NCBI GenBank assembly: GCA_030640565.1
Contig: DAOWJD010000003.1
Location: 1 to 38,671, forward strand
DNA: 38,671 nt
Source: Nanobdellota archaeon
Lineage (GTDB): Archaea; Nanobdellota; Nanobdellia; Pacearchaeales; GW2011-AR1
Direction: 5' to 3'
Part shown: in pieces, positions 1-10,260 of the stretch
How the letters are laid out: each line of letters begins with the position of its first letter
Numbering within the stretch: the first letter of the stretch is position 1
Program-made: the position numbers and the translations under genes
The notes under the pieces: generated by a model
What the model saw: only the letters and a program-made list of their open reading frames with translations
Database searches by the model: none
What the model was told of the DNA's origin: nothing

Positions 1-2
1 TT

Positions 3-851
3 CATACAAAAGAAGGAATTTTTTTCTATGGGTTAGATTTAAAATTTGATAATTATCCTACCTTGGGAAAACCCCCAAATTACAAAAAATTAAAAGAACT
101 CGGGAAAAAAGGTGTGAAAGTTTTAATTATAGATGCTCTTTATTCTAGCACTGAAACAAGACCTGGCGGAGAAAAAATAGCACAACACATGTTAGAAGAT
201 GCTATTTCAAAAATGAGGGGAAGAAATTCCGCATTTTTTGTAACAACTTTTTCTTCACATATTGAGAGATTAAATAATATTGTGAAGTTTGCACAGAAAA
301 CAGGGAGAGAAATAGTCTTTCTAGGAAGAAGTTTAAGTAAATATGTTGAAGCAGCATCAAAAGCTAATTCTTGTCCATTCAAAGACAAAGTGAAATTAAT
401 TAAATTCGCAAAACAGCGAGAATCTTTTTTGAGAAGATTAGAAAAAGATAGAGGAAAGTATTTTATTGTTTGCACTGGTCATCAAGCAGAGGAAAATTCA
501 ATTATGGATAGGATCGTTAAAGGGAATACCTCATTTCATTTTAAAGAAGGAGACCATGTTATTTTTTCTTCAAGCATAATCCCAGTCCCGCTAAATATTC
601 TTGCTCGGGAAAAATTAGACAATAGATTAAGAAAAATAGGAGTTAAGATTCAGACAAATGTTCATGTTCACGGACACGGAAGTAGGGAAGACATGAGGGA
701 CTTAATCAGAATGCTGAAACCAAAACACGTGGTTCCTGCACATGGAACTCTTCAGCAAGAAACACCTTTAATTGAACTTGCATCTGAATTTGGATATAAA
801 CTTGGAAAAACCTCTCATCTTTCACCAAATGGAAATGTTCTGAAGTTTTAA
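3..851 (+). CDS. rnj: Ribonuclease J (MBL/beta-CASP), 5'-truncated by the window edge
   Basis: Frame is open from position 3 (HTKEGIFFYGLDLKFD...). Motifs TFSSHIERL, GRSL, CTGHQAE, HVHGHG and PAHG are typical of archaeal RNase J. Confidence 0.9.
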   Translation, partial: HTKEGIFFYGLDLKFDNYPTLGKPPNYKKLKELGKKGVKVLIIDALYSSTETRPGGEKIAQHMLEDAISKMRGRNSAFFVTTFSSHIERLNNIVKFAQKTGREIVFLGRSLSKYVEAASKANSCPFKDKVKLIKFAKQRESFLRRLEKDRGKYFIVCTGHQAEENSIMDRIVKGNTSFHFKEGDHVIFSSSIIPVPLNILAREKLDNRLRKIGVKIQTNVHVHGHGSREDMRDLIRMLKPKHVVPAHGTLQQETPLIELASEFGYKLGKTSHLSPNGNVLKF

Positions 852-940
852 TAGAAATAATTTTTAAACTACTTCTTCTTTAATTTATCATGGTTAAACT
901 AAAATCAGAGATTTTGTACAATCCATTTTAGGAGATAAAA

Positions 941-1330
941 ATGGTTAAAGAGGAGATTCTTTCTGGATTAAAGTATGCTATTGCAAGAGGAGATTCTTTA
1001 GCAAAGGCAATGACGAGTTTCTATAATGCAGGTTATTTAAAAAAAGATGTTGATGAAGCTGCCCGTGTTTTACAAGCTCCTCAATTACCGCAGACACAAC
1101 CAATAACACAACCAAGTACACAACCACAACAAGCACCGCAAACCACTCAACAACCAATTCAACAACCCCTTGCTCCTGTAGTTCAAAGAGTTTCTGCATA
1201 TGAACAAAAACCAAAAAGAAAAGGACTTATGTTTGTTCTTGTTTTCTTCCTAATCTTATTATTAGGGATTTTAGTTGTTATTTTCTTATTTAAAGATGAG
1301 TTAGCAGGGTTGTTAGGTGGTGTTTCATAG
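941..1330 (+). CDS. Hypothetical single-pass membrane protein: small helical N-domain, Gln/Pro/Thr-rich linker, C-terminal TM
   Basis: GGAG SD at 931-934; low-complexity QP linker; hydrophobic segment LMFVLVFFLILLLGILVVIFLF. Confidence 0.75.
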   Translation: MVKEEILSGLKYAIARGDSLAKAMTSFYNAGYLKKDVDEAARVLQAPQLPQTQPITQPSTQPQQAPQTTQQPIQQPLAPVVQRVSAYEQKPKRKGLMFVLVFFLILLLGILVVIFLFKDELAGLLGGVS

Positions 1331-1370
1331 TTTAAACCATTATTTGTTACCTTTTCAAAAAGACAACGGA

Positions 1371-1388
1371 ATAGTAATATTTATAAAG
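1371..1388 (+). promoter_or_regulatory. ATAGTAA-N2-TTTATAAA promoter (leaderless)
   Basis: TATA box at 1380-1387, 21 nt before ATG 1409; same motif and spacing at 11605 and at 30453 (minus strand). Confidence 0.65.
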
Positions 1389-1408
1389 TTCAGGTTTCTG
1401 GAAAATGC

Positions 1409-2119
1409 ATGGCAAAGGATTCACCAAGAATTGAGAGAGTAACAAGAATAATTGTTCCTTATAAAAAGAGAGAACTAGCTTTTGATGGCCGTAGTGAAGG
1501 ACCTGGTGAGTATCCACAGATTGGGGGAAGGCTTTTAAAGAGAAATCTTAAAGTTCCAATAGGAGAATATATATCTCCTTTACTTCATGCTGCTTACTTC
1601 AATCCGAAAACTTCAAACGAACTAGAATCAGAAGAAATTAGAAATATTATGAAAGATAAAGGACTCTGGATTTGCAATCTCAATATATGGACCCCTGAAG
1701 GAGTTTATGTTGTTCCTGATTTAAAAGCAATAGGAGGAGATCACACATTAACCCAAGATAACATTGAAGAAATAATCGGGCGCGGAAAAGAGTTAAGTTG
1801 GGGAGGAAGAAGTTTTGGCGAAAGGGGGAAAGCAATATTTGCTCCAAAAGGAACTTATAAATTTGGAACACACACACCAGACTCATTAGCAAGAGATGGT
1901 CTTGTAATTGCAAACCATGGTCTTAGGGGAGCTGAAGAACTTGGAGAAGTTTCTACTGAGTTTAAGAATCCGCCAAAAATTTATGGATATAATATTCGAG
2001 AAGGAGAAGATCCTAAACAAAGAGTAGCTTTTATTTGTGAGACTAAACATAACAGACTTGCCATGGATTATAATTCTGGTTCTTTCAGAGAAAACTATGC
2101 TTTCGGCGTGTTGGAGTGA
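1409..2119 (+). CDS. Hypothetical protein ending in YAFGVLE
   Basis: 236-aa ORF with its own TATA promoter; no catalytic motif recognised. Confidence 0.75.
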   Translation: MAKDSPRIERVTRIIVPYKKRELAFDGRSEGPGEYPQIGGRLLKRNLKVPIGEYISPLLHAAYFNPKTSNELESEEIRNIMKDKGLWICNLNIWTPEGVYVVPDLKAIGGDHTLTQDNIEEIIGRGKELSWGGRSFGERGKAIFAPKGTYKFGTHTPDSLARDGLVIANHGLRGAEELGEVSTEFKNPPKIYGYNIREGEDPKQRVAFICETKHNRLAMDYNSGSFRENYAFGVLE

Positions 2120-2214
2120 ACTACTAAAACCCTCAACTAGCATAAAAATAATTGATTTAAACCACAACTATTTTTATATACTTCTTCTATACTTTTAAAC
2201 TTGTAAAATATAAA

Positions 2215-3384
2215 ATGGTGAAATTTGCACATACAGCTGATGTCCATTTAGGTGGATGGAAACAACAACCCCTACAAGATTTAAATCTTCAATCATTTAA
2301 GAAAGCTGTAGAAATATGGATAAATGAGAAAGTAGATTTTGTTTTGATTGCAGGAGATTTATTTGATTCTGCATTCCCTCCAATAGATGTTCTTAAAGAA
2401 ACCTTTGCTGAATTTAAAAAACTTAAAGATTCTGAAATTCCTTGCTTTATCATTGCAGGCTCCCATGATTATTCTGTTTCTGGGAAGACTTTTCTTGATG
2501 TTCTTGAAAAAGCAGGATTTTGTAAAAATGTGGTGGATTATGAAGAAAAAGAAGGAAAAATAATTTTAAATCCAACAATTTACAAGGGTGTTGCAATTTA
2601 TGGATATCCTGGAAAAACCTCCAGCCTTGAAATAAATGATTTAAGAAGAGCAGAGTTTAACGAATCTCCAGGATTGTTTAAAATATTCATGATGCATACA
2701 ATGATTGATAAGGCAAAAGGAGATTTGCCTGTAGATGCCTTGGAAATATCAAAAATACCGTTTGCAGATTATTATGCTTTAGGGCATCTCCACATAGATT
2801 TCCAATATGAAAATTTTGTTTATCCAGGACCAATATTTCCAAACAATTTCCAAGAGCTTGAAGATTTAAAATACGGGAGATTTTGCATTATTGATACAGA
2901 ATTAAATGCAGAAAACCAATTTAAAAAAATTGAGTTAAAAATAAAAGAAGTTGTTTTATTCGATATAGAGATAAAAAATGCTCTGCTTGCGACAGAAAAA
3001 ATAATTTCTGAACTTGAAAAAAAAGACCTGGAGGATAAAATAGTTCTTCTTAGGTTAAGGGGAATTCTTGAAACTGGAAAAAACTCAGATATAAAATTTT
3101 CACAAATAGAAGAAGCAGCAAAAAGAAAAAATGCATATTTTTTACTAAGAAACACCCATGAATTAAAAACAAAAGAAGCAGAGCTTGAATTTGAAATAGA
3201 AGAGACAGAAAATATAGAAGGTGAAACAATAAAGACCTACAAAGAACAAAATCCTTCTGATTTTAATAAGTATATTTTCCAATTAATGAATACTCTTTCA
3301 ACAGAGAAACAAGAAGGAGAAACCGTAGAAAGTTTTACAGGAAGACTTTCAGATGAATTTAAAGAAATTCTGCCCTTAAAATGA
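2215..3384 (+). CDS. mre11: Mre11 DNA double-strand-break repair nuclease
   Basis: Phosphoesterase motifs DVHLG, GDLFD, GSHD, MMH, GHLH; overlaps rad50 (ATGA). Confidence 0.93.
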   Translation: MVKFAHTADVHLGGWKQQPLQDLNLQSFKKAVEIWINEKVDFVLIAGDLFDSAFPPIDVLKETFAEFKKLKDSEIPCFIIAGSHDYSVSGKTFLDVLEKAGFCKNVVDYEEKEGKIILNPTIYKGVAIYGYPGKTSSLEINDLRRAEFNESPGLFKIFMMHTMIDKAKGDLPVDALEISKIPFADYYALGHLHIDFQYENFVYPGPIFPNNFQELEDLKYGRFCIIDTELNAENQFKKIELKIKEVVLFDIEIKNALLATEKIISELEKKDLEDKIVLLRLRGILETGKNSDIKFSQIEEAAKRKNAYFLLRNTHELKTKEAELEFEIEETENIEGETIKTYKEQNPSDFNKYIFQLMNTLSTEKQEGETVESFTGRLSDEFKEILPLK

Positions 3385-5450
3385 TATTGAATAAAATCAT
3401 TCTGAATAACATAAGAAGTTACAAAAATGAAGAGATAACATTCCCAGAAGGTTCTATTTTATTATCAGGAAATATTGGCTGTGGTAAAACATCTGTGCTT
3501 CTTGGGATTGAGTTTGCTTTGTTTGGTTTGCAGCCAGGACAGAGAGGGAGTTCTTTATTAAGAAATGGAGAAAAAGAAGGAGGAGTAATTCTTGAATTTG
3601 AAGTTGATGAAAAAAAAATACTTGTTGAGAGAACTCTTAAAAGAGGAAAAACTATTTCACAAAATTATTGTGCAATAAGCATTGATGGAGAAAAACGCGA
3701 ATTTTCTGTTACAGAATTAAAAGACAAGGTCCTTAAAATTCTTAATTACCCCAAAGAATTTTCTAAAAAACAAAATATTCTTTACAAATTTACTGTTTAC
3801 ACACCACAAGAAGAAATGAAACAAATAATTCTACAAGATCCTGATACAAGGATTAATACATTAAGGCATGTTTTTGGTATAGACAAATATAAAAAAATCC
3901 TCGAGAACATATCAATACTTGCTTCAAAATTAAGAGAAGAAAAAAGACTTAAAGAATGGATGATAGAAAATTTAGAACAAGATAAGGCAAATTTAGCTTC
4001 AAAAGAAGATGAACTTGAGGCAAAACATTACAATCTAACCTCAATCGAAAAAGAACTTTTTCTTAAAACAGAAACAGGAAAAAGAATTCAGGAAGAGAAA
4101 GAAGAAATTTCTAAAAAAATAGAAGAAAGAAAAGAGTTGCAACAAGAAATTGAAAAAACTAAAATAATAATTTCAAATAAAAAAGAAAATTTCGCAGGCA
4201 ATTTAAAAATTATAACACAAATTGAAGACCAAATAAATGAACTATCGAAAATAGAATTTAATGAGGAAAAATTCAAAGAACTAGAGCAACAGATAATTTC
4301 AAATAAAAAAGAAAAAGAAACGTTAAATGAAGAAGATCTTAGAATAACATCACAGATAAATTCTCTTAACATACAAAACCAGGAAAACAATGCTTTAAAG
4401 AAAAGAATAATTCAGATTGAAATCTGCCCCACGTGCTTGCAAAACGTTGAACCTGTATATAAGAGCAATGTGGTTAATAAATTAGAATCAAATATTTCTG
4501 GAAATCTTAAAAAAATAGAAGAATTCACTTTTGAAAAGAAAAAAATCCTTAAAACCCGTATGAGTGTTGAAGAAAATATCTCTTTAAAAGAAGAACAGCT
4601 TCAGAAATTAAGCATATTGAAAGTAAGATTACAAGATGTGGAAGAGAAAAAGAAAAGACTTGAAGAGATTAAAAAATTAAACGAATTAATTCAAAAAGAT
4701 ACAGAAATCTTAAATCAACATATAGAAACTCTAAGCAAATTTGTTTTTGAGTTAACAAAATTTGAAAATATTTTTGAAAAGAAACAGGAAGAGCTTGATG
4801 AAGCTTTGAAACAAGAGAGAATAGCAGAAATAAAAGTTGCAGAACTTAAAAAGGAAATCGAAGTTTTTTCAGAACAAGTGGAGGAGTTTAAAGAAAGAAT
4901 AAAAAAGACAGAAGAAATCAGGGAGCAACTTAATTATATTACAAAGCTTGAGACATGGCTTTCAAAAAATTTCTCTTCCCTTATTTCTTTTATTGAAAGA
5001 AATGTGATGATTAAACTTAAAACAGAATTTTCAAAACTTTTTGCAAGATGGTTTTCTATGCTTGTGTCAGATGTTTTCGAGGTAGAACTTGATGATAATT
5101 TTACTCCAATAATAGAATACCAGGATTATGAAATAGATTACCCTCATCTTTCAGGAGGAGAAAGAACAGCAATAGCTCTTGCTTATCGTTTATCGTTAAA
5201 TCAAGTTGTGAATTCTCTTTTAAGTAAAATAAAAACACGTGATATAGTAATTCTTGACGAGCCAACAGATGGATTTTCAGAGCAACAACTTGATAAAATG
5301 AGGGATGTTTTAAGGCAACTTAATGCAAGACAGCTTATAATTGTAAGCCATGAGCAGAAAATTGAAGGGTTTGTGGAAAATGTAATGAGATTCAAAAAAG
5401 AGCATGGGGTTTCAAAAGTGGCCTCTGAAAACTTTACCAACCCTTCTTAA
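3381..5450 (+). CDS. rad50: Rad50 SMC-family ATPase
   Basis: Walker A GNIGCGKTS, coiled coils, zinc hook CPTC, signature LSGGE, Walker B ILDEPT, H-loop VSH. Confidence 0.93.
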   Translation: MILNKIILNNIRSYKNEEITFPEGSILLSGNIGCGKTSVLLGIEFALFGLQPGQRGSSLLRNGEKEGGVILEFEVDEKKILVERTLKRGKTISQNYCAISIDGEKREFSVTELKDKVLKILNYPKEFSKKQNILYKFTVYTPQEEMKQIILQDPDTRINTLRHVFGIDKYKKILENISILASKLREEKRLKEWMIENLEQDKANLASKEDELEAKHYNLTSIEKELFLKTETGKRIQEEKEEISKKIEERKELQQEIEKTKIIISNKKENFAGNLKIITQIEDQINELSKIEFNEEKFKELEQQIISNKKEKETLNEEDLRITSQINSLNIQNQENNALKKRIIQIEICPTCLQNVEPVYKSNVVNKLESNISGNLKKIEEFTFEKKKILKTRMSVEENISLKEEQLQKLSILKVRLQDVEEKKKRLEEIKKLNELIQKDTEILNQHIETLSKFVFELTKFENIFEKKQEELDEALKQERIAEIKVAELKKEIEVFSEQVEEFKERIKKTEEIREQLNYITKLETWLSKNFSSLISFIERNVMIKLKTEFSKLFARWFSMLVSDVFEVELDDNFTPIIEYQDYEIDYPHLSGGERTAIALAYRLSLNQVVNSLLSKIKTRDIVILDEPTDGFSEQQLDKMRDVLRQLNARQLIIVSHEQKIEGFVENVMRFKKEHGVSKVASENFTNPS

Positions 5451-7030
5451 TTACAGAAATCCTCTATAAAATATTTAACATTTAAAGGTTCTCCAAGAGC
5501 TTTTTCAATAAGTTTATCCCACCGATATTTTTTTCCAGGCATAAAAATCTTTTCTTTCAAATAATCTCCTATTTTTGAGTTAGAATAATCCGGATTTTCA
5601 GAATCTTGTTTTAAGATATCTTTAGAAATATGATGATTTATCTGTGATGCAAGAATCTTTCCTAAAAGATAATTATGATAATAAACAGGAGAACAGGTAA
5701 GATGTATTTTAGAAGCCCAATCTGGTTTATCTCTGGAAAAATCAATCAATTGATATTTTTTCACTAAAGACCACCAAAGTGTATTCAAATCTTGCTCAGG
5801 ATTTTTATACAATTCCCGCTCAAAATAAAATACCACTTGAGACCATTTCAAGAAAACCAATTCATCTAATTTTAATTGTTTTCTTATTTCCTTTTCAATC
5901 TTTTCAACATCTTCACTTTCAAGATTTCCATATCTTTTTATAAAAGTCTTATTCTTAGAATTTCTTCCAAATAAAAGGGCTATCGCCTCTGTTACAAAAA
6001 TGTGTACGCATTCTCTTAACAAAAAAGGAAGAGCTTTATCACAATATTTATCATATACAGCATGACCCAATTCATGCAAGGTTGTTTCCATCCAGGATTC
6101 ATTATTTTTTATATTTTCAATAATTCTCACATCCCCATCATGATCAATATCTATACAACATGCATGTTGATATTTGCCAGGTTTTTCATAGAGATCACTT
6201 CTTTCTAAAATATCTTTAATTTCTAAATTTAATTCCTGATAAAATTTTTTAGTAATTTCTAAAATATCTTTATTATAAATCTTATCTAAATCAATGTCAA
6301 AAATTTCAGGCCCTTCCTGAAAAAACAAGTTATGATAATGCCATGGTTTAAGTTCTTCTTTCTCTATACCATATCTTTTAGAGAAAACATCATCTAATTC
6401 ATTTTTAAGGACTTTGAACGATTCTTGAGTAGATTTTTCAAGTTCTAAAAATATTTTTTCAATTTCTTCTTCTTTTTGTTCATTCAGTTCAAGAGCCATT
6501 ACATAATAGTTTTCAAATCCCAAACTTTTCGCAAGCTTGTTTCTTAATCTCACTAATTCAATCACTTCTTTTTCAATAATTTCCCCTTGTTTTTTACTTG
6601 CTTCCCAGGTTTTCTTAAGTTTTTCAGAATTTTTCTCATTCTTTAAAATCTCTTTTATTTCATTATCTGTTAATTCTTTCCCATCTAGATTTGCTCTAAA
6701 AGTATTAAATTTTTGTTCTATCAAAGCAGACTTTTTTGTTATCTCTTCTATTAGCTTGAAATCTCCTTGACCTGATAAATATCCTAGATAAAGAAGTTCT
6801 AATTGTCTTTTCTCTAGAGGATCTTTAACAATTTCTAAAAACGATTTAATTTTTTTAAAATCCTCTTTATTTGTAAAATATTTCTCTAATTCTATAGCTT
6901 TTTTTTCATAATTTTGATAAGCTTCTTTTTTCCCAGAGATTAGAGCGTCCCAATAAGATAAAGCTGTTTCTATAGAAATCTTTTTTATCTCTTTATTCTG
7001 CTTATCTAGAAAGCTCTTTAATTGATTCAT
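5447..7030 (-). CDS. Zinc metallopeptidase, M2/M3 clan (peptidyl-dipeptidase/oligopeptidase-like)
   Basis: HELGH zinc motif, downstream TEAIA third ligand, PVYYHNYLLG motif. Confidence 0.85.
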   Translation of the reverse strand: MNQLKSFLDKQNKEIKKISIETALSYWDALISGKKEAYQNYEKKAIELEKYFTNKEDFKKIKSFLEIVKDPLEKRQLELLYLGYLSGQGDFKLIEEITKKSALIEQKFNTFRANLDGKELTDNEIKEILKNEKNSEKLKKTWEASKKQGEIIEKEVIELVRLRNKLAKSLGFENYYVMALELNEQKEEEIEKIFLELEKSTQESFKVLKNELDDVFSKRYGIEKEELKPWHYHNLFFQEGPEIFDIDLDKIYNKDILEITKKFYQELNLEIKDILERSDLYEKPGKYQHACCIDIDHDGDVRIIENIKNNESWMETTLHELGHAVYDKYCDKALPFLLRECVHIFVTEAIALLFGRNSKNKTFIKRYGNLESEDVEKIEKEIRKQLKLDELVFLKWSQVVFYFERELYKNPEQDLNTLWWSLVKKYQLIDFSRDKPDWASKIHLTCSPVYYHNYLLGKILASQINHHISKDILKQDSENPDYSNSKIGDYLKEKIFMPGKKYRWDKLIEKALGEPLNVKYFIEDFCN

Positions 7031-7170
7031 AAGTATTTTTAGAAAACACCCCTTAAAATACTTTCGCCGAAAACTTTATAAAATAAGATTATCTCTAAAA
7101 TTTATCGGGTTGGTTCTAAAGAAATTAAATTGGGATATAATAAATTAGAGATAATAAAAAACAAATAAAA

Positions 7171-7839
7171 ATGGACCAGGAATTAAAAGATTCAATTTTG
7201 AAAACAGGAACAACTATTTTAGGAATAGTTTGCAAAGACGGAATTGTGATGGCTAGTGATAGGCAAATTACATTAGGAGAAATGATGGTATCAAGGAAGG
7301 ATTTTTCTAAAACTAATAAAATTAATGATTATCTTTTAGTTTCTTGGGCAGGACAAGTTTCAGATGCTCAAAGATTAAGCAAATTAATTGCAGCAGAATT
7401 AAAATTAAAAGAATTAAGATCAAAAACAAGACCAAGTGTTAAACAATCCGCAAATCTTACTGGTTCGATAACTTTTTCCCAAGTGAGACAACCTTCTATG
7501 ATACCCAGTATAGTTTCTACTTTTGTGGGAGGTTTTAATGAAGATGGTTCTACTGAATTATTTAGAATTGGGGCAGATGGTGCTATAATAGAAATTAATG
7601 ATTATGAATGTACTGGAAGTGGAATGCCTTATGTTCTTGGTCTTCTTGAAAGGCAATACAAAAAAGATATTGGTATTAAAGAAGGAATTGAACTTGCAAA
7701 AGAAGCTTTAAAATCTTCAACACAAAGAGATGTAGGTTCTGGATATGGAATTGATGTATTTACAATCACAAAAGATGGTATTAAAAAAGTAGTTGAGCAG
7801 GAAATAATTGCAGAATACAAAGAATCAAAAAAACAATAA
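7171..7839 (+). CDS. psmB: Proteasome subunit beta
   Basis: Propeptide ending KTG|TT, GIVCKDGIVMASD, GSG, RDVGSG; adjacent to aCPSF1 as is common in archaea. Confidence 0.95.
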   Translation: MDQELKDSILKTGTTILGIVCKDGIVMASDRQITLGEMMVSRKDFSKTNKINDYLLVSWAGQVSDAQRLSKLIAAELKLKELRSKTRPSVKQSANLTGSITFSQVRQPSMIPSIVSTFVGGFNEDGSTELFRIGADGAIIEINDYECTGSGMPYVLGLLERQYKKDIGIKEGIELAKEALKSSTQRDVGSGYGIDVFTITKDGIKKVVEQEIIAEYKESKKQ

Positions 7840-7893
7840 AAAAGAAGTGTCAATCAAATAATTTAATCATTTTCAATAAATATTTTTGTTAAA

Positions 7894-9778
7894 ATGAACA
7901 TTCTTAAGCACATAACAGATAAGTTGCATAGCAACATTACAGAAGCAAATTTTGAAGGAGCAAATATAGTTCTTTATACAGATAATGAGAAGTTTTTCAG
8001 AGAAGGTGAAGGTAAAATTAAAGAAATAGTTAATGAGTTAAAAAAAAGAATAGAATTAAGAGCAGATCAAAAAATTTTGCCAGAGCAGGAAAAAACCCAT
8101 GAAGAGATAAAAAAAAATTGTTCCTCAAGAAGCTGAAATAACAAATATAATTTTTGATTTTCATAGAAGCATTGTTATAATTGAAGCAAAAAAACCAGGA
8201 ATGGTTATAGGAAAACAAGGCTCTATCCTTAATGAGATTAAAAGAACTACTTTATGGACACCCCAGGTTCAGAGAACCCCTGCAATAAAAAGCAAGATAA
8301 CAGAAAGTATAAGAGAAGTTCTTTATGCAAACAACAATTACAGAAGAAAATTTTTTAATGAGATAGGAAAGAAAATTTACAAAGAGTGGAATCCTGAAAA
8401 AGTTGAAGAATGGGTTAGATTAACTTTCTTAGGAGGAGCAAGGCAAGTTGGAAGAAGCTGTTTACTTCTTCAGACACCAAATTCAAAAGTTTTAATCGAT
8501 TGCGGAATTGATGTAGCAAGCCATGGAAAAGACAGATTCCCTTATTTTGACATTCCTGAATTTGATATAAGAGAACTTGATGCAGTTATAATAAGTCATG
8601 CACATCTTGACCACGCAGGACTTTTACCTTATCTTTATAAAATGGGATTTAAAGGACCAACTTATATGACCCCTCCAACAATGGACCTTACATCTCTTCT
8701 TGCCCTGGATTTTATAGGTGTTGCATACAAACAAGCAGTAGCACCTTTGTTTAGTTCAAAAGATATTAAAGAAATGGTCAAACATTCCATCTGCTTAAAT
8801 TTCAATGAAGTTACAGATATAACTCCTGACATAAGAATAACTCTTTATACCGCAGGGCATGCTCTTGGCAGCGCAATGGTTCATTTTAATATTGGAAATG
8901 GTTTGCATAATTTTCTTTACACAGGTGATTATAAATATGCAAGAACAAGACTTCTTGATCCTGCGATAAACAGTTTTCCAAGAATAGAATCTGTTCTTAC
9001 AGAAGCAACATATGGAGCAAAGTCAGATATTCTACCTCCAAGAATAGAATCAGAAGAAAAGATGATTGAAATAATAAATAAAACAATTGAAAGAGGTGGA
9101 AAAGTTTTGATTCCAGAACTTGGGCTTGGGAGAGCACAGGAAACCATGCTCATTATTCAAGATGCAATAGAATCAGGAAAACTAAAGAAAATTCCTGTTT
9201 ACATAGACGGCATGATATGGGATATTAATGCAATTCATACAGCATACCCTGATTTTTTAAGTAACAAAGTTCGTGCTTCTATTTTTCAGGACCAGAATCC
9301 TTTTATTTTAGACACATTCTCAAGGGTTGGTTCTCACCAAGAAAGGAGAAAAGTTATAGAAGGAGAACCATGTGTTGTTCTTGCAACATCTGGTATGCTT
9401 GTTGGGGGGGCTTCTGTTGAATATTTAAAAGAGTTTGCAGAAAATAAGAAAAACTCCATAGTCTTTGTCTGTTATCAAGGAGTTGGCTCTTTAGGAAGGC
9501 AGGTTCAGGAAGGAATCAGTGAAACAAAAATGAATGTTGATGGAAGAGAGGAAATTGTTAAAATAAATCTCGAAGTTCATACAATTCCAGGACTAAGTGC
9601 CCATGCAGGAAGAAATGAGATAATGTCGTTCTTTAATAATATGAGGCCTAAACCGAAAAGAATAATAGTAAATCACGGAGAAGTTTCTAAATGCCTTGAT
9701 CTTGCCTCTGCACTTTACAAACTTAATCGCGTTGAAACAAGTATGCCAAGAATATTGGAAACTATAAGACTTAGATAG
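7894..9778 (+). CDS. fttA: aCPSF1/FttA KH-domain beta-CASP ribonuclease, split by one extra A in the A9 run at 8109-8117
   Basis: ORFs 7894-8136 and 8201-9778 join into one protein (...EIKKIVPQEAEITNIIFDFHRSIVIIEAKKPGMVIGK...) if one A is removed. Motifs LGGARQVGRS, SHAHLDH, AGHALG, SAHA and NHGE are present. Confidence 0.9.
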
Positions 9779-9780
9779 GG

Positions 9781-10260
9781 GTGAAGATGAAAATTGGCTA
9801 TAAACCAAAGAAAAAATTTATGAAGGAAGCAATTGATATTGCAAAAAAGGATTTCAAAAAATATGGAGAACAAAGGATTGGGGCTGTTATTGTTAGAAAT
9901 GATAAGATCATAACAAAAAGTGGGAATAAAATTTTCAGAGATATAGATCCTAGTTCACATGCAGAGATAGTCGCAATGAGATTAGCTTGTAAAAAACTAA
10001 AATCTAGGGGTATGTCTGATTGTATTTTATATACGACTAATGAACCATGTTGTATGTGTACTGGAGCCGCAGTGTGGGCTAAAATGAAGGGGATTGTTTA
10101 TGGTGCTAATGTAAAAGATTTGGAAAAGAAAATGAAAAAACAAGGAAAAAATTTTAAATTTTTCATAAGCTGTGAAGAGATATTAAAAAGACAAAAACCT
10201 AGAACCACTTTTTTAATTAAAAATTTTATGAGGAAGGAGTGCGTGGAGTTCACAAAATGA
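9781..10260 (+). CDS. Nucleoside deaminase, TadA/guanine-deaminase-like (start may be ATG 9787)
   Basis: Zn motifs HAE and EPCCMC. Confidence 0.85.
   Translation: MKMKIGYKPKKKFMKEAIDIAKKDFKKYGEQRIGAVIVRNDKIITKSGNKIFRDIDPSSHAEIVAMRLACKKLKSRGMSDCILYTTNEPCCMCTGAAVWAKMKGIVYGANVKDLEKKMKKQGKNFKFFISCEEILKRQKPRTTFLIKNFMRKECVEFTK

Noticed and set aside
1085..1170. CAACCA-rich quasi-tandem repeats
   Set aside because: They encode the Gln/Pro/Thr linker; there is no repeat-spacer structure, so this is not a CRISPR array.
2215..5450. Mre11-Rad50 as a novel defence system
   Set aside because: Ordinary housekeeping pair; the GSHD variant and the absence of adjacent nurA/herA are not enough to claim novelty.
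7130..7157. TTGGGATATAA resembling a dif left arm upstream of psmB
   Set aside because: No matching right arm after a 6-nt spacer.
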